Shown here: positions 33,885-40,928 of the stretch, in pieces
Layout of the letters: each line of letters starts with the position of its first letter
How positions within the stretch are numbered: position 1 is the first letter of the stretch
Assembly (NCBI GenBank): GCA_902790175.1
Contig: CADAQZ010000021.1
Coordinates: 10,145 to 74,144 of the forward strand
Source of the DNA: an uncultured Eubacteriales bacterium
Lineage (GTDB): Bacteria > Bacillota > Clostridia > Christensenellales > Aristaeellaceae
Direction: 5' to 3'
Length of the DNA: 64,000 nt
Made by a program: the position numbers and the translations under genes
Notes under the pieces: model-generated
Seen by the model: only the letters and a program-made list of their open reading frames with translations
Told to the model about the DNA's origin: nothing
Database searches by the model: none

Positions 33885-33984
33885 AAAGTTCGCATGATAT
33901 GATTTTGTACTTGCGACTTATGCTGGTTTTTGCAGGATGTCCTGCATAAAGGCGGCTGTGAGGGCGGGCGCGGGGGCAGACCTT

Positions 33985-34135
33985 CTGCCGCAACGCCGCC
34001 CCTTACAACCCCTCCGGCCCTTACGGGCCACCTCCCCTTACACAGGGGAGGCAAGAATCGTTTGGTTGGGCAGCGGCAGCCACTATCAACTCCTCACTCC
34101 TAACTCCTCACTCGTAACTCTTCACTCCTCACTCA
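33985..34135 (+). repeat. composite intergenic repeat, copy 4 (modules B + C)
   Basis: CTGCCGCAACGCCGCCCCTTACAACCCCTCCGGCCC; hairpin GGCCACCTCCCCTTACACAGGGGAGGC; heptamer array at 34087-34135 that overlaps the last codons and the stop of cbiO. Confidence 0.85.
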
Positions 34136-34856
34136 TTCCCCTGTTCCCTAAACTCAGCGGCAACTCCAACCTATGCGCCTCCAGCAGCGCCTTATCGCGC
34201 AGGAGCGCGTCGGCGGGGCCGTCGGCGGCGACGCGCCCGTCGGAGAGCAGCAGCACGCGGTCGCAGGTGTCGAGGATCATATCCAGGTCGTGCGAGGCGA
34301 TCAGCCGCGTCTGGGGCAGGCCGTGCACGATCTCGATCACCCGCCGCCGGTTGTACGGGTCCAGCGCCGAGGTCGGCTCGTCCATCAACAGCGCTGCGGG
34401 CTCCATGGCCAGGATCGTGGCGATGGCCGCCATGCGCTTCTCGCCGCCGGAGAGCCGGTGGTTGTGGCGGTGCTTGAGCGCCTGGAGACCCAGCGCGTCG
34501 AGCGCCGCGTTGGTCTTCGCGCGCGCTTCCTCGCGCGAGAGCCCGTAGTTCATCGGACCGAACAGCATGTCCTCGTACACGGTGGGCATGAACATCTGGT
34601 CGTCGGAGTCCTGCATCACGAAGCCCAGTTTGCGCCGGATGTCGGAAAGCGTCCGCTTCTCCACGCGCACGCCGTCCACGAGGATCTCGCCCTCGCACTC
34701 GACCAGCCCCAATAGCGCCATCATCAGCGTGGACTTGCCCGCGCCGTTGGCCCCGATCAGCCCCACGGCCTCGCCCGGTTTTACGCGAAAGGTCACGCCG
34801 TCCAGCGCTTTGCGCTCCGGCTCGTAGGAAAAGGACACGTCCCTGCACTCGATCAT
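34122..34856 (-). CDS. cbiO: ECF-type cobalt/nickel transporter ATPase
   Basis: 244 aa from the ATG at 34856 (ATGA overlap with cbiQ). Walker A GANGAGKST, signature LSGGEKR, Walker B LLMDEPTS. The ORF-track N-terminal extension to 35480 is out of context. Confidence 0.85.
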   Translation of the reverse strand: MIECRDVSFSYEPERKALDGVTFRVKPGEAVGLIGANGAGKSTLMMALLGLVECEGEILVDGVRVEKRTLSDIRRKLGFVMQDSDDQMFMPTVYEDMLFGPMNYGLSREEARAKTNAALDALGLQALKHRHNHRLSGGEKRMAAIATILAMEPAALLMDEPTSALDPYNRRRVIEIVHGLPQTRLIASHDLDMILDTCDRVLLLSDGRVAADGPADALLRDKALLEAHRLELPLSLGNRGMSEE

Positions 34857-35656
34857 CGGATCACCCATCCTCCCAGCAGCGCCGCCACGTCCACGAAGCG
34901 GCACAGCGCGAACGCGCCTATGCAGACCAGCGCGTACAGGCCGTCCGCCCAAGTCAGCGGCGGCATGTCCGCGTAGTAGAACTCGCCGCGAAACCCGCGC
35001 AGGCGCATGGCGGCGTAGAGGCGGTCGGCCTTGTCCATGCTGCGCAACAGCAGCTGGCCCAGGAACGAGCCCCAGGCGGACACGTGGATGCCCCGCTGCC
35101 CCGGCGCGCGCAGGCGGTAGGCGTTTGTCATCGCGGCCAGCTCGCGCGTCATCACGCCTACGTAGCGATACGTCAACAGTGTGAGCGTCACCAGCGTCCC
35201 CGGCACGTGCAATTTGCGCAGCGCCGCGCACAGGCGGTCGATGCCGGTGGTGGCCATCAAAAGGAACGACGCCGTCAGGCACAGCGTCCCCTTCAGCATC
35301 AACGTGAGCATCGAGATCACGCCGCCGGACACCGCGACGCCCGCCACGACCAGCCGCGGCGCGCGGTCGAACAGCGGGTTGAACAGCCCCACCGCCAACA
35401 CCAGCGGCAGCGCGAAGCGCAGCTTGCGAAAGCACGCGCCCGCAGGCACGCCGGAGAGCTGGAACAGCAGCGCGGGCCACAGCGCCAGCACGACGACGCC
35501 GCTGAGCGCGTACTTCCCGAAGGACAGCACGGCGGCGATGTATGCGATTGTCACCAGCAGCTTCGCCAGCGGGCTGCGGCGGTGGATGAACGATCGCCCC
35601 GCGGCGAGGTCGTCCATCTCCGCCAGCTCCCGCAGCGCCGCGTCCATTTTGCTCAT
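34853..35656 (-). CDS. cbiQ: ECF transporter transmembrane (T) component
   Basis: 267 aa, multi-TM. Position between cbiM and cbiO, with the conserved ARG-rich coupling region (AMRLRGF). Confidence 0.8.
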   Translation of the reverse strand: MSKMDAALRELAEMDDLAAGRSFIHRRSPLAKLLVTIAYIAAVLSFGKYALSGVVVLALWPALLFQLSGVPAGACFRKLRFALPLVLAVGLFNPLFDRAPRLVVAGVAVSGGVISMLTLMLKGTLCLTASFLLMATTGIDRLCAALRKLHVPGTLVTLTLLTYRYVGVMTRELAAMTNAYRLRAPGQRGIHVSAWGSFLGQLLLRSMDKADRLYAAMRLRGFRGEFYYADMPPLTWADGLYALVCIGAFALCRFVDVAALLGGWVIR

Positions 35657-35661
35657 ATCAT

Positions 35662-36711
35662 CTATTTCGCGTTCGTCCGGCGCTTGCGGAAGAACCCGCC
35701 CGCGACGCAGATCAGCAGCGCGACCCCGGCCACCATCGCCGAGCCCACGAGGCCCGACACGCTGGTGCCCGCGGCGCTGTCGCTGCCCGCGAAGGCGTAA
35801 TCCGGCAAAAACGCCGTGGTCTCCTGCACGCTCCCGGCGGCGTCAGCCAGCACGCTCTGCACGCCGTAGTCCTCCTCGTCGAGGCCCATGTTTTCGCCGT
35901 AACCGGCCTCGGCGTTGCCGAACAGCGCCCACTCCAGGCCGTCCGGGTTCGAGGACGCCAGCAGCGACAGCCCGCCGCCCACCAGCGCCGCCACGACGGC
36001 CAGCACGAGGATCACCGATTTCAGTGAGCGCTTTGCGCCGCCCGCCGCACGCGCGTCGACGTCGCGCAGCAACTCGGGCCGCGACTCGTACACGAACAGC
36101 AGCACCGCCGCCGTCACCAGGCCCTCCACCAGGCCGATGGCCAGGTGGATCGGCTGCATCAGCGCCACGAACGCGCCGAACGGCAGCTCGGTGATACCGG
36201 ACAGGCTCGTCTCCAGCACGACGGAGAACGCGCCCAGCTGCAGCGTCGCCACGCAGCCCAGGACGCTGGCCGCCACGATCCGCGCGCGCTGGGCGGACTT
36301 ATCGCCCTTCCCCGCGCCCACGAGCGGCCGCCAGATCAGGTAGTAGCCCACAAAACAGCCGTAAAACGCCATGTTCCATATGTTCGCGCCCAGGGCCATC
36401 AGCCCGCCGTCCGCGAAGAACAGGCACTGGATCGCCAGGATCACGATCATCGACAAAAAGCCCGCGTGCGGCCCCAGCAGCGCCGTGAGCAGCATGCCGC
36501 CGCACATGTGGCCGGAGGAGCCGGTGCCCGGGATGGTGTAGTTGATCATCTGGCCCGCAAACACCAGCGCCGCCGTCACCGCCATGGCCGGCAGCTTCTG
36601 GGGATTGTCGTCCTTCTTCAGTTGATGGATGGAGTAGCCCGCCGCGACGCCGGAGGCGACGAACATCGTCGCCGCGACCGCCGGGGAGAGCAGCGCGTCC
36701 GCCATGTGCAT
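35662..36711 (-). CDS. cbiM: CbiM-type substrate-capture component fused to a C-terminal PDGLE domain
   Basis: N-terminus MHMADALLSP and about 6 TM helices as in CbiM/NikM. The C-terminal extension contains SSNPDGLEW (PDGLE-domain signature) and a final TM. Confidence 0.8.
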   Translation of the reverse strand: MHMADALLSPAVAATMFVASGVAAGYSIHQLKKDDNPQKLPAMAVTAALVFAGQMINYTIPGTGSSGHMCGGMLLTALLGPHAGFLSMIVILAIQCLFFADGGLMALGANIWNMAFYGCFVGYYLIWRPLVGAGKGDKSAQRARIVAASVLGCVATLQLGAFSVVLETSLSGITELPFGAFVALMQPIHLAIGLVEGLVTAAVLLFVYESRPELLRDVDARAAGGAKRSLKSVILVLAVVAALVGGGLSLLASSNPDGLEWALFGNAEAGYGENMGLDEEDYGVQSVLADAAGSVQETTAFLPDYAFAGSDSAAGTSVSGLVGSAMVAGVALLICVAGGFFRKRRTNAK

Positions 36712-36745
36712 GTGTCATCCCTCTTTCCTGTGGGTTTATACAGGA

Positions 36746-36775
36746 ATTATAGGGGAAACAAAACCCCCGCCGCAA
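36746..36775 (-). promoter_or_regulatory. sigma-70-type promoter of cbiMQO
   Basis: Minus strand reads TTGCGG (36770-36775) - 18 nt - TATAAT (36746-36751). The 5'UTR is only ~35 nt. Confidence 0.45.
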
Positions 36776-36829
36776 GCCCCCGGGGGGGTTGTGGGCGGAG
36801 GTTTTTGGGGAAAATGCACATAAGAGACA

Positions 36830-36901
36830 GGGAGTAGGCAGTAGGGAGTAGGCAGTAGGAATAGCTTTGGGGGCACACCCTACTCCCTACTCCCTATTCC
36901 C
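36830..36901. repeat. inverted pair of variant heptamer arrays forming a hairpin over the 3' end of cca
   Basis: GGGAGTAGGCAGTAGGGAGTAGGCAGTAGG ... CCCTACTCCCTACTCCCTATTCCC. The right arm encodes the last residues (..GNRE) and the TAG stop of cca. Confidence 0.75.
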
Positions 36902-38263
36902 TCTCTCCTTCCTCGCTTCGCTCAGCACCTGCCGCAATGCGTGGGCCTTGTCCTGGCCGGAGAAGTGGAGCTGTTTGGCGCGGTCCAGCCAGCGGGCAAA
37001 GTCCGGCCCGGGCGCGAGCCCCGCTGCCACCAGGTCCTTGCCCGTCACCATCGGGCGCGCCATCACCTGCCGATAGTCCGCCAGGCGCTCGTTGAGGAAC
37101 GCCTCGAAGGCCTCGTCGTAGGGCTCGTCCAGCTTGCCGGAGGCGTCGGCCCGGGAGAGCAGGATCAGATCCTCCGGGCACACGCTCAGGTCGAACATCT
37201 GCCGCGTCTTTTTCCTCTTGGACCGGCACCGGGCCATCACGTTGGGCCGCATGTGCAGCCACATCATGTTCTTCACGTACTCGATCAGCCGGGCCTGGTT
37301 GGTCAGCCGCCGCAGCTGCGCCTCGCACGCGGGCAGGCCGATGACCTCGTGGCCGTAGGAGGTGATCTTGCCGTCCGGCTGGATCTGCGTGGCCAGCGGC
37401 TTGCCCAGGTCGTGCGTCAGCGCCGCCAGCATGAAGCCCAGCGGCCACTTCGCCCGCCCGCGCAGCGCCGCTGCGCAGTCCAACACCAGCATCGTATGCT
37501 CGAAAACGTCGCCCTCGGGGTGGTAGACCGGGTTTTGCCGGACGCCGACGCACGCCCCGACCTCCGGGAAGTACTCCTTCAAATGGTCCATGCGCCGCAG
37601 CGTTCGGAAGAACGCGGACGGCTTATCCGCCTTCAACAGCGCCTTGCCCAGCTCGTCGAACACGCGCTCCACCGACAGGCGCGTCACGTCCATCCGCGCG
37701 CAGAGCGCCTCGGTCTCGGGCGCGATCCCGCCGCCCAGCCGCGCCGCGAACTGCGCCGCCCGGAACACGCGCAGCGCGTCCTCGGGAAAGGTCTTATCGC
37801 TCACGTGGCGCACGATCCGCGCCGCGAGGTCCGCCTGGCCGCCCCACAGGTCGATCAATTCGCCGGTCAGCGCGTCGCGCATCATGGCGTTGATCGTGAA
37901 GTCGCGGCGCATGCTGGCGGCCTTGAAGGACAGCGCCGGGTCCACGGACACGTCGAAGTCGGTGTGTTTGTCGCCGGTGCGCCTCTCCCGACGCGGCATG
38001 GCAATGTCGAGGTTCGAGTGCTTCAGGCCGTACACGCCGAAGCTCGCGCCCTTCTCCACCACGTCGCCCAGCTCGGAAAGCAGCGCCTTCAGGGCCTGCG
38101 GCCGCATGCCGTAGACCTCCAGATCGATGTCCTTGCACTCGATGCCCAGCAGGCCGTCGCGCACGACGCCGCCCACGAACATCGCCCGCCCGCCGACATC
38201 CGCCGCCCGCCGCGCGATTGCGCGCGCCAGCGCCATGTCCTGGTCGTATGTGTTCATCCGCAT
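36887..38263 (-). CDS. cca: CCA-adding enzyme / tRNA nucleotidyltransferase with C-terminal HD domain
   Basis: Motifs FVGGVVRDGLLG and DIDLEV (polymerase-beta nucleotidyltransferase), RRDFTINAM, HD region HDLGKP. Start is the ATG at 38263 or 38257, and a TATAAT box lies 11 nt upstream. Confidence 0.85.
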   Translation of the reverse strand: MRMNTYDQDMALARAIARRAADVGGRAMFVGGVVRDGLLGIECKDIDLEVYGMRPQALKALLSELGDVVEKGASFGVYGLKHSNLDIAMPRRERRTGDKHTDFDVSVDPALSFKAASMRRDFTINAMMRDALTGELIDLWGGQADLAARIVRHVSDKTFPEDALRVFRAAQFAARLGGGIAPETEALCARMDVTRLSVERVFDELGKALLKADKPSAFFRTLRRMDHLKEYFPEVGACVGVRQNPVYHPEGDVFEHTMLVLDCAAALRGRAKWPLGFMLAALTHDLGKPLATQIQPDGKITSYGHEVIGLPACEAQLRRLTNQARLIEYVKNMMWLHMRPNVMARCRSKRKKTRQMFDLSVCPEDLILLSRADASGKLDEPYDEAFEAFLNERLADYRQVMARPMVTGKDLVAAGLAPGPDFARWLDRAKQLHFSGQDKAHALRQVLSEARKERGNRE

Positions 38264-38415
38264 CACCGGGGATATTATAGCATCGGCGAAGGAAATAGGC
38301 AAATCCACATTCCCTTACACAATTTTTCCATGTATTCGATGTAAACGCCCCAATATGTGTTATAATTATAATGTATGACAATCCATCCGACCCATACAAG
38401 GAGGTTTCCCCCATC

Positions 38416-39756
38416 ATGGACGACCCGTTCGGTCCGAGTATCATTTCGATCGTTTTGCTGATCCTGGCCGCCGTCGTGCGCATCGCCGACGCCGCCATTC
38501 CCTTTCTGGACGAGGGCGAGATCAACCGCAGGGCGGACGAGGGCGACGCCAAGGCCCGCCGCGCGCTGCGCCTGATCAAGCGCTCGGAGCGCGCCGAGTT
38601 TGGCGAGTTCCGCATGGCCCACGCGCTGCTGCTCATCTGCGCGGGCGTCGCCGCGTGCGCCGCCTTCGGTCCCGCTCTCGCAGCCCGCTTCGCCGCCGCC
38701 GGGATCTCCTTCGGCGCGCTGCTGGCCGCCGTCTGCGTGCTCATCCCCTTCGCGCTCATCGCGTTCGTGCTGGCGGGCGTCGTGCCCGGACACCTGGCTG
38801 CCCACTGGCGCGAGGGCCTGTTTGACCGCGTCAGCGCCGTCAGCGAGTGGACGCTGGCAATCCTCTCCCCCGTCACGCGGCTCTCCCTGACGCTGGGCGC
38901 GCTGGCGCTCAAGCCCTTCAACATCAAGCCCGCGGACACCGGCGACGCCGTGACCGAGGAGGACATATTGCAGATGGTGGACATCGGCGAGGAGAAGGGC
39001 GCGATCGAGGCGGACGAGAAGGAGATGATCGAAAACATCTTCGAGTTCAACAACATGGACGCCTCGGACTGCATGATCCACCGCAAGGACATCACCGCCA
39101 TCGACATCGAGTCCACCGATGAGGAGATCCTCGAGACCATCCGCGAGAGCGGCCTCTCCCGCTTCCCGGTGTACGAGGACAGCATCGACAACGTGCTGGG
39201 CATCCTCACCACCCGCGACTACCTGATCAGCCAGGTGGAGGGCCGCCACGCGCCTCTGAAGGAGCTGATCCGCCCCGCGCACTTCGTGCCGGAGTCGGTG
39301 CGCACGGACGTGCTGTTCCAGGAGATGCAGTCGCGCAAGCAGCACATGGCCATCGTCGTGGACGAGTATGGCGGCACCAGCGGGCTGATCACGCTGGAGG
39401 ACCTGCTGGAGGAGATCGTCGGCAACATCTACGACGAGTTCGACGCCCAGGAGGAGCCGCAGATCACACAGCTGTCTGAGAAGCGCTGGCGCGTGTCCGG
39501 CTCGGCGGAGCTGGAGAACGTGGCCGAGACGCTGGGCATCGAATTGCCGGAGGACGAGGAGTACGACACGCTGGGCGGGCTGATCTTCAGCCGCCTGACC
39601 GAGATCCCCGCCGACGGTGAGCACCCCGTGGTGGAGTGCTTCGGCCTGCGCATCCGCGTGGAGGAGATCGCCGACCGCCGCGTGGAGTGGGCGATTGTGG
39701 AAGTATTGAGCGATTCGGAAGCGGAAAATACAGACGACAGCGAGGAAACAAAGTGA
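38416..39756 (+). CDS. CNNM/HlyC-CorC family transporter (DUF21 + CBS pair + CorC_HlyC)
   Basis: ATG at 38416 after AAGGAGG. TM-rich N-terminus, CBS region (MIHRKDITAI...RFPVYEDSIDNVLGIL), C-terminal transporter-associated domain. Confidence 0.8.
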   Translation: MDDPFGPSIISIVLLILAAVVRIADAAIPFLDEGEINRRADEGDAKARRALRLIKRSERAEFGEFRMAHALLLICAGVAACAAFGPALAARFAAAGISFGALLAAVCVLIPFALIAFVLAGVVPGHLAAHWREGLFDRVSAVSEWTLAILSPVTRLSLTLGALALKPFNIKPADTGDAVTEEDILQMVDIGEEKGAIEADEKEMIENIFEFNNMDASDCMIHRKDITAIDIESTDEEILETIRESGLSRFPVYEDSIDNVLGILTTRDYLISQVEGRHAPLKELIRPAHFVPESVRTDVLFQEMQSRKQHMAIVVDEYGGTSGLITLEDLLEEIVGNIYDEFDAQEEPQITQLSEKRWRVSGSAELENVAETLGIELPEDEEYDTLGGLIFSRLTEIPADGEHPVVECFGLRIRVEEIADRRVEWAIVEVLSDSEAENTDDSEETK

Positions 39757-39842
39757 GGAATTAGGAGTGAGGAGTGAGGAGTTAATGGTGAAGCCTCAGC
39801 CGCATTCTCAACTCCTCACTCCTAACTCCTCACTCCTAACTC
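39755..39842. repeat. inverted pair of heptamer arrays (module C) forming a ~21-bp hairpin between the CNNM gene and xpt
   Basis: Left arm GAGGAATTAGGAGTGAGGAGTGAGGAGTTAA starts within the stop codon of the upstream gene. Right arm TCAACTCCTCACTCCTAACTCCTCACTCCTAACTC ends 5 nt before the xpt RBS. Confidence 0.85.
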
Positions 39843-39855
39843 AAAGGAGGATACC

Positions 39856-40425
39856 ATGGAACTGTTGAAAAAGCGCATTCTGGAAGAGGGCCGCGCGCTC
39901 AGCGAGCACGTGCTGCTGGTGGATTCGTTTTTAAACCACCAGGTGGACGTGAAGCTGATGAAGGCGTGCGGCGAGGAGTTTGCCCGGCGCTTCGCGGACG
40001 CGGGCGTCACGCGGATCGCCACCATCGAGTCCTCGGGCATCGCGCCCGCGGCCATGACCGCGCTGGCGATGGATCTGCCGATGGTGATCATGAAGAAGTC
40101 CGTGTCCAGCATCCTCAAGGACGGCATCATCCAGCGGGAGGTGTTCTCGTTCACCAAGAACGCGCCCTACCTGCTGACGCTCAAGACCGACTTCGTCAAG
40201 CCCGGCGACAACGTGCTGCTGATCGACGACTTCATGGCCAACGGCGAGGCGGCCTTCGGCGGCATCGCGCTGCTGGAGCAGGCCGGAGCCCGCGTGGCGG
40301 GCGTGGGCGCGGTGATCGCCAAGGCGTTCCAGCCCGGCATGGCAAAGCTGCGCGCCGCGGGCTATCGCGTGGAGGCGCTGGCCCCCGTCAGCCGCATGGG
40401 CGAAGGATTCATAGAGTTCTCTTGA
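39856..40425 (+). CDS. xpt: xanthine phosphoribosyltransferase
   Basis: 189 aa with AAAGGAGGA RBS. N-terminus MELLKKRILEEGRALSEHVLLVDSFLNHQVD and PRPP motif VLLIDDFMANGEA. Confidence 0.9.
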   Translation: MELLKKRILEEGRALSEHVLLVDSFLNHQVDVKLMKACGEEFARRFADAGVTRIATIESSGIAPAAMTALAMDLPMVIMKKSVSSILKDGIIQREVFSFTKNAPYLLTLKTDFVKPGDNVLLIDDFMANGEAAFGGIALLEQAGARVAGVGAVIAKAFQPGMAKLRAAGYRVEALAPVSRMGEGFIEFS

Positions 40426-40451
40426 TACTTGATACATAGGAGGAGATACCA

Positions 40452-40715
40452 ATGAGCGGCGAATACACCGAATATCGCTACGATACCCAGCTTTTGATCG
40501 AAGGCGAGGACCTGGACGAGGACGCCATCCGCGAGCACTTTGAGACCGCCTTCGTGGGCGACTGCCTGCTGGCCGTGGGCGACGACGAGCTGATCAAGAT
40601 CCACTACCACACCAACGAGCCCTGGAAGGTGCTGGAATACTGCGCCACGCTCGGCGAGATCTACGACATCGTCGTCGAGGACATGGACCGCCAGTCGCGC
40701 GGGCTGCAGGGGTAA
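40452..40715 (+). CDS. 87-aa stand-alone homolog of the central domain of YloV/FakA-type DAK2 proteins
   Basis: AGGAGGAG RBS. DCLLAVGDDELIKIHYHTNEPWKVLEYCATLGEIYDIVVEDMDRQ aligns by eye with DCVLVISDMNVVKVHVHTNEPGKALQYALELGELDSIKIDNMMEE of the yloV product in this window. Confidence 0.55.
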   Translation: MSGEYTEYRYDTQLLIEGEDLDEDAIREHFETAFVGDCLLAVGDDELIKIHYHTNEPWKVLEYCATLGEIYDIVVEDMDRQSRGLQG

Positions 40716-40730
40716 TACAATGTTTTGCAG

Positions 40731-40763
40731 AAAATGGAGAATGCGGTGCATTCTCCATTTTCT
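40731..40763 (+). terminator. intrinsic terminator after 40452..40715
   Basis: Stem ATGGAGAATGC (40734-40744) / GCATTCTCCAT (40748-40758), loop GGT, then TTTCT. Confidence 0.7.
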
Positions 40764-40819
40764 GTTGCCCCGCTTCCCGTCCGCACATTTAAGGCACATC
40801 GCTGTCACAATGTTGTCGT

Positions 40820-40848
40820 TTGAGGTTTTCAGCGCAATCTGCTATAAT
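40820..40848 (+). promoter_or_regulatory. sigma-70-type promoter of 40929..42878
   Basis: TTGAGG (40820-40825) - 17 nt - TATAAT (40843-40848). Confidence 0.5.
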
Positions 40849-40928
40849 TATATGTGTATGTATGTATTCTCCGACGCAATGGGCCCACCGCGCCCCCGCG
40901 CGGCAACTGTGCTGAAAGGTGATATACG

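Noticed and set aside
36712-36886. Cobalamin or NiCo riboswitch expected upstream of cbiMQO.
   Set aside because: The predicted promoter leaves only a ~35-nt 5'UTR. No B12-box-like or other conserved riboswitch core is visible. The remaining sequence is the repeat hairpin at the cca 3' end.
38264-38290. TATAAT box 11 nt upstream of the cca ATG, suggesting a leaderless mRNA.
   Set aside because: It rests on a single hexamer with no supporting -35 or transcript data, and an alternative ATG lies 6 nt downstream. Too speculative to report as a feature.
39757-39855. Purine/guanine riboswitch expected upstream of xpt.
   Set aside because: The 99-nt gap is fully occupied by the inverted heptamer arrays. 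None of the conserved purine-riboswitch loop or junction sequences I know are present.
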